Of a DNA stretch of 64,000 nucleotides, positions 9,201-18,585 are shown piece by piece. The stretch covers positions 1 through 64,000 of IMG/VR virus record IMGVR_UViG_3300022602_000024. One strand, 5' to 3'. A program made the translations under genes and the position numbers. The notes under the pieces are model-generated. The model did no database searches. It had not been told where the DNA came from and saw only the letters and a program-made list of their open reading frames with translations. Each line of letters begins with the position of its first letter. Position 1 is the first letter of the stretch.

Positions 9201-11212
9201 TAGTTAGTTGCCGCCTGTATGCTTAATGCAGTCAAACTTTGACCACTTGTTAGTTTCACTCTAACATAAATTTCGTTTGTTGCAGTACTGCTGGAACTCA
9301 CTGTACCAAATGTACAGGTATAACTGCCACTGGATACTAAACTGTTGAATACTGCATTACCACCTAATGCACAACCATTGCTGCCATTACCGCCGCCACC
9401 TGATCCAGGAACACCCGATCCAGGATAAGCAGTGCCCATTGTTAGCCATCCGTTAAGTCCTGACGTTGAGTCAATGGTACTGCCAGGTAATGCTACCCAT
9501 AATCCAGCAATGGTTCCTGAATAACTGATGTTGAATTTACTGACCGCACTACGTACAAACTTGAATGTAAAGTACTGCGCTGTAGTCGAGCGTGTACTCA
9601 AGTTTGGACCAACTGGTAAAAATCCTGTACTATAATTTGTTACATCATACAGTAATTTTGCAGCCACATTAGTTGCATCTGTTTGATAGAATGGACCAGT
9701 AGTGCTATTAAATGCAGACTCTGTACCGGTATATGACGGAGTATCTGCTTGAGTTCCAGCATCAGGATTAACTATACGGTAAGGATTTCCTGACCCAGAT
9801 CCAACACTGCCAGCAATGGTCAAACTGGTTTCTTCAATTTGAGTACCAGTGCCAGTTTTATATAGTACATAAGTTGACGGAGCACTGAATGCCCAAGCAG
9901 TTGAGTTGTATCCGTTGTTGACTGTGATACTAGGGCCTTGAGTTCCTAGTGCATTACCAAATCCACTGGCAATATTGGATGTTGTTGTAAACGCAATAAC
10001 TGCTGTATTGTTTCTTGTAATTGGTGTAGTAACACCAGCAGTGGCATAACTTACCAATGCAGGAGCAGCAAACGCACCATTGGCACTGCTGGACGAAATC
10101 AAGTTAGTTGAGTTTGGATATGTGTCACCGCTGAGGTTTTGTACGTTGCCTTTTATAGTAAATCCAGCACTGGTTGTGAACATAGGAATAGTACTTGAAT
10201 AGGTAACAACATTACTACTCAACACCATGCTTGTTCCACTAAATGCTGGCACGCTAGGGGCGGAGCTATCGTAATACCAAGTGGCATTATTTGTACTTGT
10301 GCCTGTTGCTGAATCATAAAGGCTTACACGATTCCATCCTGCCGATGCTCCGCCAGTTGCAGTGGCATAGGTACTAAATACTGTCCAGAATCCAGCAGTC
10401 ACTGTTGATACCACATTGTGGTAATCTTGTACATTGTATATGTAAAGATTTCCATTGGTAGTGTTGCTGTTGCTACCAGTTAGTGTAACATTGCCATTAG
10501 GCACACCATTTACATAAGTGGTGACTGTTCCTGTACTACCTGGACCTACATTAGTGATAGGTGTGCCAATTGTGCTGAATGAACTTGCTCTAAGTGTGTT
10601 AACTAATGTACCGCCGGCTACGCTTAAGTTACCCCATCCCGAGTTATCAGTTTGTGTAAAGTTACACATTAGCCCACTATTGGTAGTTCCTACAGAAATT
10701 GTTGTGTTATTTGAGAAGCTGGGCGGACTTGGTGGTACTAGTTTACCTAATACATAATTTAATTCTGCAATGGCATCTGTTACATCTGTAGAACTTGTCA
10801 ACGTTACTGCATTACTAACAAATGATCCAGCTACATTTGATCCAAGGCTGATATTATTCCCAGTAAATCCGTCAAGTCCCGACAAGGTATTTAAATTACC
10901 AAAACTTAAATTACCATTGCCATCTGTATAGATGATATAGTTAGCCGAACCGCCCGTAATTTGTACATTGGCTATGCTACCAAGATTAAATTTATACCCC
11001 GAGTCCAGTGTAATTGCATTACCGAGAATATAAACATTGCCAACGTGTGCATTACCTATTACATCTAGAGTATAATTTGGGCTAGAGGTATTAACCCCAA
11101 CACGGCGATTGGTTACATCAAAGTATGCGACATTTGCGTCAATGGCAAGGTTAATACCCTGGCGTTCCAGGTTACTTGATAACATTGGCCCATTGATTCT
11201 TCCAATTGCCAT
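9200..11212 (-). CDS. Virion structural protein (670 aa)
   Basis: Long S/T/G/N-rich ORF with N-terminal MAIGRINGPML...RRVGVNTSSP, within the late structural operon. Confidence 0.72.
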   Translation of the reverse strand: MAIGRINGPMLSSNLERQGINLAIDANVAYFDVTNRRVGVNTSSPNYTLDVIGNAHVGNVYILGNAITLDSGYKFNLGSIANVQITGGSANYIIYTDGNGNLSFGNLNTLSGLDGFTGNNISLGSNVAGSFVSNAVTLTSSTDVTDAIAELNYVLGKLVPPSPPSFSNNTTISVGTTNSGLMCNFTQTDNSGWGNLSVAGGTLVNTLRASSFSTIGTPITNVGPGSTGTVTTYVNGVPNGNVTLTGSNSNTTNGNLYIYNVQDYHNVVSTVTAGFWTVFSTYATATGGASAGWNRVSLYDSATGTSTNNATWYYDSSAPSVPAFSGTSMVLSSNVVTYSSTIPMFTTSAGFTIKGNVQNLSGDTYPNSTNLISSSSANGAFAAPALVSYATAGVTTPITRNNTAVIAFTTTSNIASGFGNALGTQGPSITVNNGYNSTAWAFSAPSTYVLYKTGTGTQIEETSLTIAGSVGSGSGNPYRIVNPDAGTQADTPSYTGTESAFNSTTGPFYQTDATNVAAKLLYDVTNYSTGFLPVGPNLSTRSTTAQYFTFKFVRSAVSKFNISYSGTIAGLWVALPGSTIDSTSGLNGWLTMGTAYPGSGVPGSGGGGNGSNGCALGGNAVFNSLVSSGSYTCTFGTVSSSSTATNEIYVRVKLTSGQSLTALSIQAATN

Positions 11213-11220
11213 ACGTGTCC

Positions 11221-11652
11221 TTAGGCCGGCACGTTGGTGCTGTTAATATTGTGAATTACAATAATTGTGTTGGGGTTTGCCCCAGGGGCAGGCGGAGGAC
11301 TAGTAAATGAAATCTGCGTAGTTCCATTCAGTGTATAATTGATTGTAGGTTGCTGATATACTCCTCCAATGAATACTGCAATAGCATTTACATCAGACTC
11401 AATTTGACTCATTATAAAATTAGACGTTGTGCCGTCACCAGTGAATGTATCAGTTACTAACTGAACTGATCCAATTTTGGCAACCATACTCCATGCACCG
11501 TTGTAATAAAATTCAATTCGGTTATTGCTTTTGTTGAATCTGATAATTCCATTGTCAGGAGTATCACCATAGCTAGAACTGGGCACAATAGGCAAACGTG
11601 CCTGGGTACCACCATTCTTTGCTAGGTCAGGATTTTTAAAATATCTTGCCAT
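11221..11652 (-). CDS. Small virion protein (143 aa)
   Basis: Carries GIIRFN..IEFY.G.W and FTGDGTTSNF modules paralogous to the larger neighbours; tight operon spacing. Confidence 0.7.
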   Translation of the reverse strand: MARYFKNPDLAKNGGTQARLPIVPSSSYGDTPDNGIIRFNKSNNRIEFYYNGAWSMVAKIGSVQLVTDTFTGDGTTSNFIMSQIESDVNAIAVFIGGVYQQPTINYTLNGTTQISFTSPPPAPGANPNTIIVIHNINSTNVPA

Positions 11653-11654
11653 TG

Positions 11655-11963
11655 TTAAATTCCAATGTAACTTACTGTTGCTGTCACTGACACATTAGCA
11701 TTGGCACTGGCGTAGATTGCATCGCCATTGCTGAAAATAACTTTTTCTGTATCAACCACCAGAGTCTGTCCTGCAACTAAACTAGCCAATGAATAAATTT
11801 GTGTTGTTACATTTGCCAGTTTACCATTGGGTACCAAGTACACATTTGCAGTTGTGCCATTGTTTGAATAATTGCAAAAATGCATAACAGTGATAGCACT
11901 ATTACCCGAACTAGTATATATGCTTGTTGGTACTGTTGTTACGTTTGCGTTTATGATTGCCAT
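11655..11963 (-). CDS. Small virion protein (102 aa)
   Basis: ORF in the operon with 2-9 nt spacing and a GGA SD; beta-rich composition. Confidence 0.65.
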   Translation of the reverse strand: MAIINANVTTVPTSIYTSSGNSAITVMHFCNYSNNGTTANVYLVPNGKLANVTTQIYSLASLVAGQTLVVDTEKVIFSNGDAIYASANANVSVTATVSYIGI

Positions 11964-11972
11964 TCTAAAATC

Positions 11973-12494
11973 CTATCCAAAAATTATACTGTATGCGACA
12001 GCCGCGCTTTTTGTTACAAGTTCTTGTTGACTGCCATTGGCATTGTCAACAAACAGTCCGCTCTTGCCGCTGCTGATTGTTCCTGTGTAAAATGTTACTG
12101 CGTTGGCAGTATCAAATAAACTGTGTCCGGTAATGTTTAAATTAGAACTCAGCGTTGGTGTACTATCAGCATATACATTTGATATGCCAGCACTAGATGC
12201 TGTAGCAATATTTGATACTGTTGTACCATTGTATAGTTGCCAAGACTTGAGTGTTTCATTCCACCCAATACTGGCATTTGCACTTATTCCACGATCAACA
12301 ATAATGTTTGCACCAAGTGGATTTGGACCATATCCAGGGCTAAGTCCGTTGTTCAGTGTAATGATATGATCTGTAACAGATGTGTTATTAGTAACAATAC
12401 TTTGACTATTACCGGTAACAATCAAATCGCCATCAATGATAACCGACGGGCTTATAATTGTATATTGATCTGGGATTCTCTTGGTGGTACTCAT
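11973..12494 (-). CDS. Virion structural protein (173 aa)
   Basis: TAAATA at 12516-12521 and AGGA upstream. The DHIITLNNG..GANIIVDRG motif resembles the DPIVVFNNG region of the 1935-aa protein. Confidence 0.7.
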   Translation of the reverse strand: MSTTKRIPDQYTIISPSVIIDGDLIVTGNSQSIVTNNTSVTDHIITLNNGLSPGYGPNPLGANIIVDRGISANASIGWNETLKSWQLYNGTTVSNIATASSAGISNVYADSTPTLSSNLNITGHSLFDTANAVTFYTGTISSGKSGLFVDNANGSQQELVTKSAAVAYSIIFG

Positions 12495-12546
12495 TTAACA
12501 GTCCTGTTTATAGTATATTTATGTGTTTTAAAAGTTTGCTGAATTC

Positions 12547-12580
12547 AAAATAAAAGCGGCCGAAGCCGCTTTTATTGTTT
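12547..12580 (-). terminator. Intrinsic terminator with C(UUCG)G tetraloop
   Basis: Minus strand AATAAAAGCGGC-TTCG-GCCGCTTTTATTTT downstream of the 237-aa gene; U-tracts on both sides. Confidence 0.88.
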
Positions 12581-12593
12581 GCTTATACACTGA

Positions 12594-13307
12594 TTAAGCG
12601 TACTGTACCTGAACAAACGTTGCGTCTGGCGTAGCCAAATGATAACGGAATTTGTTTGGATTGTATCCACCAGCAATGCTAGTAGTCGAGTTTCCATCAT
12701 TTCCAAAATCGTACACAAACTTGTTCGTAATTTTGCTTGTGTATGTATTAGTAGTAACAGATAGACCATTGGCCCCTGCAACATTACCAGTTACACCAAT
12801 AGTAAATGAGTTGCTAGTAACAGCAGTAACTTGTGCTACTGAAGCAATATTGCCATTTGGACTATTCCAGATCAAATAGTCACCAACACGTGGCAATTGT
12901 ACTGGACCAGTCACTGAAGTACGGGTATCGTATGTTACTGTTGTGCTTGTTGCACCACCAGCTACATTAGCAGCCGCGATATTAGCGGCCGCAGTATTCA
13001 AAGTCAATAGAATATTCATTTGACCAGCTGCCGGACTTGGAGTGTTTACTAATGTACAAACTCCTTTGTTTGCACTTGCATCCTGTACTAGGAACTTGTG
13101 TTCACCTTTTTGTCTGACAATAAATCCTTGTGCCGAACTTGCACCTTTGATATAAACTTGTCCTTGGATCTGACGACCTGTTTGTCCTGTGTCGCCACCT
13201 GTTCCACCAACGTATGCACCGTTGATGTACTGTGAACTTGTGTAGCGATCGTGAATCTGGCCATTTGCAGATTCTGTTTTTGTAATTTTTAATGCACCTC
13301 TTGCCAT
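12594..13307 (-). CDS. Hypothetical virion protein near the capsid gene (237 aa)
   Basis: Strong SD (AAGGAG), own TAAATA promoter (13384-13389) and own terminator. Function not recognised. Confidence 0.7.
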   Translation of the reverse strand: MARGALKITKTESANGQIHDRYTSSQYINGAYVGGTGGDTGQTGRQIQGQVYIKGASSAQGFIVRQKGEHKFLVQDASANKGVCTLVNTPSPAAGQMNILLTLNTAAANIAAANVAGGATSTTVTYDTRTSVTGPVQLPRVGDYLIWNSPNGNIASVAQVTAVTSNSFTIGVTGNVAGANGLSVTTNTYTSKITNKFVYDFGNDGNSTTSIAGGYNPNKFRYHLATPDATFVQVQYA

Positions 13308-13402
13308 TTTATTTCTCCTTGTGTTAGCGTTCTAGGCTACCCGGAGTGGTGCTCCGAGAGTTACTCTGAATGAGTGAACAATGTATTTATGGTGTAATCA
13401 AC

Positions 13403-13427
13403 AAAAAAGCACCCTAGGGTGCTTTTT
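13403..13427 (-). terminator. Intrinsic terminator
   Basis: AAAAAAGCACC-CTAG-GGTGCTTTTT inverted repeat with T-tract after the 92-aa gene. Confidence 0.85.
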
Positions 13428-13446
13428 AAATTCAAACAATTTTGTT

Positions 13447-13725
13447 TTAACGATAAATTGAGTGTATATTAGTGGTTGTTCCTGTAACAGGAGATGTTGT
13501 TTTAACTTTTGGTTTTGGAGCAGTCTGTGCTGGTTGTGAACCTATTGAACCAGTCACTGATACTACTGTTGCTGGTGAAGTGGTAGTAACTTTTGGCTTT
13601 GCTTCTGTTACTGGTGATACAACAGGATTAGCAACTTTGGTTTTTGGTGCAGAAGTTATTGTAGTTACCGGAGAAGCTGTATGAGTTGCGGCTACTTTTT
13701 CTACTGGTATTGATAGTGTGGTCAT
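13447..13725 (-). CDS. Thr/Pro/Lys-rich low-complexity small protein (92 aa)
   Basis: ATG 6 nt after the stop of the upstream small gene; followed by a terminator. Confidence 0.55.
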   Translation of the reverse strand: MTTLSIPVEKVAATHTASPVTTITSAPKTKVANPVVSPVTEAKPKVTTTSPATVVSVTGSIGSQPAQTAPKPKVKTTSPVTGTTTNIHSIYR

Positions 13726-13731
13726 AATATA

Positions 13732-13944
13732 TTAACTCTGTGGTGTATTTTTACTAGATGCTTTGGCTACTGTTGTACCATTGTAACTGTTAGGACCTGC
13801 ATATGTTGCTTTGCCAGTTACTGAAGAAACTGCTTGTGTTACGTAAGTAGCAGCAGTGGCTACGGCACCTTGAGTACCTAATGTACCTTTAGTAACTGTT
13901 CCAGTCACTGCGGGTACTCCTGCTTTGTAAATTGCGTTTGCCAT
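13732..13944 (-). CDS. Ala/Thr/Gly-rich basic small protein (70 aa)
   Basis: TATAAATA at 13973-13980 and SD TAAGGA upstream of ATG. Confidence 0.65.
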   Translation of the reverse strand: MANAIYKAGVPAVTGTVTKGTLGTQGAVATAATYVTQAVSSVTGKATYAGPNSYNGTTVAKASSKNTPQS

Positions 13945-13972
13945 TTTATTTTCCTTAATAAGAACGATATAG

Positions 13973-13980
13973 TATTTATA
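13973..13980 (-). promoter_or_regulatory. Late promoter TATAAATA
   Basis: Exact T4 gp55 consensus immediately after a terminator and before an SD/ATG. Confidence 0.8.
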
Positions 13981-13991
13981 TTGTATCCAAC

Positions 13992-14012
13992 AAAAAACCC
14001 CTTGCGGGGCTC
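13992..14012 (-). terminator. Intrinsic terminator with GNRA loop
   Basis: Minus strand GAGCCCC-GCAA-GGGGTTTTTT after the 75-aa gene. Confidence 0.85.
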
Positions 14013-14018
14013 TATTTT

Positions 14019-14246
14019 TTATGCTTGATCTACAAACTTTTTGAGTTCTTCAGCCTTGGCAACAATGTCTGTGCTAGACGGAAAATCTGGTAAGGTTGGA
14101 AAAGCAAGTGTTTCTCGATTGGCGTCAGTTATTTTAGAATGATATTCTTGTAACTTGGCGTCACGACTTTGGAATACTGGCGTTGCGAGGATTTCGTTAG
14201 CCATTTTGAGAAGTTCGAGACGAATCTCGTAAGGTGTTTTGCTCAT
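14019..14246 (-). CDS. Small hypothetical phage protein (75 aa, MSKTPYEIRLELLKMA)
   Basis: SD AAGGAG, TATAAATA at 14306-14313 and a terminator define a monocistronic late unit. Confidence 0.75.
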   Translation of the reverse strand: MSKTPYEIRLELLKMANEILATPVFQSRDAKLQEYHSKITDANRETLAFPTLPDFPSSTDIVAKAEELKKFVDQA

Positions 14247-14305
14247 ATTTTTCTCCTTTGTGTGTATGTGTGTTAAACACGAGCTGTAGCTGTTTGCTAC
14301 AAAAA

Positions 14306-14313
14306 TATTTATA
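14306..14313 (-). promoter_or_regulatory. Late promoter TATAAATA
   Basis: Exact T4 late consensus downstream of the capsid terminator. Confidence 0.8.
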
Positions 14314-14333
14314 CTCTAGATTATACGGCCAAC

Positions 14334-14359
14334 AAAAAAGCACCCGAAAGTGCTTTTTT
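14334..14359 (-). terminator. Intrinsic terminator of the capsid transcript
   Basis: Minus strand AAAAAAGCAC-TTTCGG-GTGCTTTTTT, 45 nt after the gp23 stop. Confidence 0.88.
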
Positions 14360-14404
14360 GTTCCTTCCCGTAACCCCAACAAGTGGGGCTCCCGAACGAG
14401 TGGA

Positions 14405-15583
14405 TTATTGGAATGATAGATTTGCAACTGCAATCTCACCCACGTAGTCGCCAGCGTTACCTAGTGATGATGAAGTGTTTGTCAACTCAACATAACCGTA
14501 ACGTGTCATAAACGAAACTACTGGTTCGAATGTAGATGGATCTAGAACAACACCAGAGCTCATCAATGGAATATAAGGGCAATAGAACGCAGCTGCATCA
14601 GCTTCGCTAGAACCTTTGTATCCAACCAATACTGCTTGGCTGTCGTTTGCATAACCGTCAACATAAATCTTCATAGCACCATTCAATGTACCAACAAACT
14701 TGGTGTTTGTAGGTGCTTCAAATGTACCTTCTGTAGTACGTGCAAATGCGCTAGTTGTAGCACTTTGCAATACTGTCAATGCAGCAGGAGAAACAACTGC
14801 CCAGTTACCTGCGCCGCGACGTGTACGTTGTGCAATCAAGTTAGCTGTACGGTTGATCAATACTGCCAAAGCAGCATGCTCATCACCAACGAAAGTAGCT
14901 GTACCAGAAACTGCTGATTGGTCAAATGTGTAATCAGTAGCGGCTAGTGCACGCAATGAACCTAGAATCTCTTGGTCAATTTCAACTGTAATCTCTTGAG
15001 CCAAAGCTGCCATGATTTCAGCTTCCACGTCCAAACCGTGCATTGATTGTGCATCTTGCGCAGCTTCAAATGTCCAACGAGCAGACAATTTACGTGTTTT
15101 AGCTTCAACAACTTGTTTCAAGATTTGAACGTTGATTCTGTTTCCAGCGATACCTTCAAGAGCTGCAGTAGAAGTAGCTTGACCAGTTGTGTTAGAACCA
15201 GAATATGCAACTGCAATCTTGAATGGGCTCAATGCCTCGTCACCAGCGGCTGCTGATGTACCGTATGCTGAACTGTCAGTGAAGTTGTCAGCATAACGTA
15301 CACGTAGTGTATGAATCTGAGCAACTGGGCCTGTCATTGGCTGAACACCAATGATTTCGTTAGCAATAACTGTAGGCATAACACGACGGATAACTGGTAG
15401 AATAACACGGTTAAGTGTTGCTACGTTACCTGCTTGTGTTGCGCCAGCAGAAGCGTTCTCTGCCAACATTTTGCGAGTATTTTCTAAAATAACTGCCATG
15501 GAGGTTCTTTTTGAACCTTGTAAGCCTTCTAACAGGGCTTCTTTGGTTTCGCCCCAACGGCTTTCTAATAATGCTTGTGTCAT
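14405..15583 (-). CDS. gp23: T4-like major capsid protein
   Basis: Motifs P..RR..P..IA.EIIGVQPMTGP, VEAKTRKLSARWTFEAAQD, AFYCPYIPL and SFMTRYG are typical of gp23. Follows scaffold and protease genes. Confidence 0.96.
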   Translation of the reverse strand: MTQALLESRWGETKEALLEGLQGSKRTSMAVILENTRKMLAENASAGATQAGNVATLNRVILPVIRRVMPTVIANEIIGVQPMTGPVAQIHTLRVRYADNFTDSSAYGTSAAAGDEALSPFKIAVAYSGSNTTGQATSTAALEGIAGNRINVQILKQVVEAKTRKLSARWTFEAAQDAQSMHGLDVEAEIMAALAQEITVEIDQEILGSLRALAATDYTFDQSAVSGTATFVGDEHAALAVLINRTANLIAQRTRRGAGNWAVVSPAALTVLQSATTSAFARTTEGTFEAPTNTKFVGTLNGAMKIYVDGYANDSQAVLVGYKGSSEADAAAFYCPYIPLMSSGVVLDPSTFEPVVSFMTRYGYVELTNTSSSLGNAGDYVGEIAVANLSFQ

Positions 15584-15611
15584 GATTTTTCCTTTTTTAT
15601 CCTTTTAGGGT

Positions 15612-16730
15612 TTAATTAAGCCCTGCTAAACGCTTCATCTCAAAAACATTAGACATGATGTCTGGTGCTTCTGTGGATTCAACGACAGTTTTAGCAGTTT
15701 TATCACCAGTTGCAACTACACGTGATTCTGTTAATACTGCTGCTTTAGGGGCAGGAGCGGCAACGGAACTATTGTTTAGTACTGCTGGTAGATACTTTTC
15801 GTATGCAGACTGCAACTTGTCAGTCGACACACTCTCGAGTAAGTCACGCATGATTGCAGACTTCTCTTTGTTTAATGGTTTCAACATTTCTGCAAGACGT
15901 TCCTTGCGCTCTGCTGATTCCTTAATAATACGAACTTCACGTTCTTTTGATTCAACTAGTGCTTGTTTGCTTTCAATTGCCTGAACTGCTTCAGACAACT
16001 TGCCAGTTACCAACTCAACTTGAGCTTGTAATTGACGAATTTGTTTGTTCTCATTCAAATGAGTACCTGCAAATTCTGTTGCAAATGCTTCGAATAGACG
16101 ACGGCCAAACATGTTCTCGCGAGCAATTTGGATGTCTTCTTTAAGTTGAGTCAACTCTGACTCTAACGAACTGGTTATTGCCTCTTTTACAGCGGTAGCA
16201 GATTGAGCAATGAATTTTTGTTGTAGTTCGGCCAATTTGGCTTTACCTTCGCGAACTAGACGAACCTTAGTTTCCACTACGGCTTTCTTGTCTGCTTCAA
16301 ATTCTTTGATTTCTTCTGCAAGTGCACGCATTGTAAAGTTTTCTAATTTTGCAATAGCATTCTCATAAACTTTACGATCGTTGCGCAATTCTTTAATCTC
16401 TTCTGCTAGTTTAGCAGTCATGAAGTTATTGAATTTGCCTGCACTTTTGACCATGTGACGTTTGAAGTTCACGCGGTCTTCTGCCAATTTCTGTTTTTCG
16501 TCTGCGAACTCTGTTAGTTCTGCAGTGAGAGACTCAGTAACCATTTTGTCAAGAGCTTCAACCATCACTTGCTTGTCATGTTGATAACGTTGTGCAAATT
16601 CTTCACGTAGTTCGGCACGTGCCTGCTCTTTTGCTTCAGTAACTCTGGCTTCCCAGGCTTCGGCAATTGCTTGACGTGTGTCTTCGTTAATAATTCCGTT
16701 ATCCAACAATGGTTTGATAGCATCTAACAT
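15612..16730 (-). CDS. gp22: Prohead core scaffolding protein
   Basis: Helical E/A/K-rich 372-aa protein between protease and capsid genes, matching T4 gene order. Confidence 0.85.
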   Translation of the reverse strand: MLDAIKPLLDNGIINEDTRQAIAEAWEARVTEAKEQARAELREEFAQRYQHDKQVMVEALDKMVTESLTAELTEFADEKQKLAEDRVNFKRHMVKSAGKFNNFMTAKLAEEIKELRNDRKVYENAIAKLENFTMRALAEEIKEFEADKKAVVETKVRLVREGKAKLAELQQKFIAQSATAVKEAITSSLESELTQLKEDIQIARENMFGRRLFEAFATEFAGTHLNENKQIRQLQAQVELVTGKLSEAVQAIESKQALVESKEREVRIIKESAERKERLAEMLKPLNKEKSAIMRDLLESVSTDKLQSAYEKYLPAVLNNSSVAAPAPKAAVLTESRVVATGDKTAKTVVESTEAPDIMSNVFEMKRLAGLN

Positions 16731-16740
16731 TGGATATCTC

Positions 16741-17379
16741 CTATAATTTTAAGTCTTTGATTAAGGCAGTAATGCCTTGTTTCAGGTACTTTTGTACTTT
16801 TTGATCTTGAGTGGCTTCACGTGCCATTTCAAATACCTGTTGTCCTCCGCGCATGTTCATCAAGCCCTCATAGATGGCTTTGGGATATGCATGTGGGGCA
16901 CTAGGTTGTGCTACGATGTCAACGGTAATGATTTCAAAATCGCTAACGTGACCCGAACCTTCGTTAACATTACCAGATCCACGTGAACTTACACCTAGCT
17001 TAACGCCACTTGTAATCATAGATTCAACTAATTGTCCCATGGGGGTTGGTAATATTTTTAATTTGCCAAATCCACAAGGGCCGTCCATCCACATTTGTTC
17101 AATCATGTGGCTAACACGGTCCAAGTTAATTTTCAAATCGTCTGGGTGATCTACTTCGCCTAGGACGGAGTATCCACCTTTAATCTGTTCGTTAATAGTT
17201 TCTACAGCTTTTTGTATTTCGTGAACAGGATAAACACGTTGGTTAGCGTTCTTCACGCCTCCCTCGATGAATATCCCCTTCATATAGAGATTCTTACCCT
17301 TCCCGTCGGTCTTTTCTTCAGAGATAACCTGAATACCAGCCCGGTCAAAAGTTAAGTTCTCACGTAGGTACAAAGCCAT
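16741..17379 (-). CDS. gp21: Prohead core protease
   Basis: GIF.....N.N.RVYP, LGEVDHP, VSH, ILPTPMGQ, GVSSRGSG and D.VAQPSAP.A motifs of T4 gp21. Confidence 0.95.
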   Translation of the reverse strand: MALYLRENLTFDRAGIQVISEEKTDGKGKNLYMKGIFIEGGVKNANQRVYPVHEIQKAVETINEQIKGGYSVLGEVDHPDDLKINLDRVSHMIEQMWMDGPCGFGKLKILPTPMGQLVESMITSGVKLGVSSRGSGNVNEGSGHVSDFEIITVDIVAQPSAPHAYPKAIYEGLMNMRGGQQVFEMAREATQDQKVQKYLKQGITALIKDLKL

Positions 17380-17391
17380 TTGTAGTCCCTA

Positions 17392-18474
17392 TTACTTCTT
17401 ACCAGTTGGTTGACCAGCTTGACCTAGTTCAGATTTCTTGTTTACAGAAACTTTACCGTCTTTTGCTGCACCAACTTTGGTACCTGATTCACTGCCCTGA
17501 CCTTTACCGTCAGTTTCGTATGAACCTTCTTTATTTTTAAACGCACCGCCGGCTTTACCACCAGGAACATTGATGTTACCTGATTTGATTTCGCCTTGGC
17601 CTTTGTTGTATTCATTGCTGGGCTTGGGAATTGCTTTTCCGTCAGCTGCTTCTTCAGCACCGCCGTTGTTTAGATTTTTAGCAGTACCGCCAAAATCTGC
17701 ACCTGGGCCTACTGAACCTGGCTTAGTGTTTACAGATGTTTTCTTACCTGTAGCACCAACTGCGTCACCTTCGCTAGCATCGCCTTGTCCGCCATAGATA
17801 TCGCCAATACGGTCTACGTATTCACGCATCATTTCAGATGTTGACTTACGGCCTTCTGTTTTACCAGAACCGCTTTTGCCAGACGCACCAGACTTGCCTG
17901 ATTTAGCACTACCTGATCCAGATTTTCCAGAACCCGATTTACCAGATCCTTTTTTCAACCACTCAGGTTGCTCGCCTTCGAACATACCGTTTTCTTCTGG
18001 TTGTGCCATTTCGTCGCCTTCTTCGCCGCCCATTTCACCGGCTGGCTCTTCCATTCCGCCCATTTCACTATGGCCTTCATCGCCCATGATTTCGTCAAAC
18101 TTAGCTAGCAACTCGTCTAACTTAGCATCAATATTCATTACTTGATCTTCGATTTCAGCATGTTCTGCTTCGTCGCTACCAGCATGTGCTGCTAAATCAT
18201 CGCCGTCTTCCATATCGCCTTCTGGATCTCCGTCAACCATGTCATCGTCTCCGCCGAATTCTTCATCAGCTTCGCCCATTGACTCTTCACCAGAGATTTC
18301 GTCAACCATGTCACCGACTTGGTCACCGTGGACTTCTTCGCCCATTTGCTCTTCATCCATGATAGATTCATAAATGTCGCGTGACTTCTCTACAACGATG
18401 TTGTGGAATAGTTCGCGTGCTTTGTCATCTTCATCATTGATGATGTATTCTATTAATTTCTCAAACTTGTTCAT
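17392..18474 (-). CDS. Prohead core/internal head protein with acidic N-half and G/K-rich C-half (360 aa)
   Basis: Occupies the T4 gp67/68 position between portal and protease. SD AAGGAG and TAAATA at 18509-18514. Strong charge segregation. Confidence 0.6.
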   Translation of the reverse strand: MNKFEKLIEYIINDEDDKARELFHNIVVEKSRDIYESIMDEEQMGEEVHGDQVGDMVDEISGEESMGEADEEFGGDDDMVDGDPEGDMEDGDDLAAHAGSDEAEHAEIEDQVMNIDAKLDELLAKFDEIMGDEGHSEMGGMEEPAGEMGGEEGDEMAQPEENGMFEGEQPEWLKKGSGKSGSGKSGSGSAKSGKSGASGKSGSGKTEGRKSTSEMMREYVDRIGDIYGGQGDASEGDAVGATGKKTSVNTKPGSVGPGADFGGTAKNLNNGGAEEAADGKAIPKPSNEYNKGQGEIKSGNINVPGGKAGGAFKNKEGSYETDGKGQGSESGTKVGAAKDGKVSVNKKSELGQAGQPTGKK

Positions 18475-18585
18475 AAGAACTCCTTAAAATTGTTTGGCTT
18501 TGTAAGAGTATTTACAAAACTACGTATATTTTGGGGTTAAATGGGTAGTTTTTGAAGGATTTTGCGATTGTTTGTTACAATCTGA

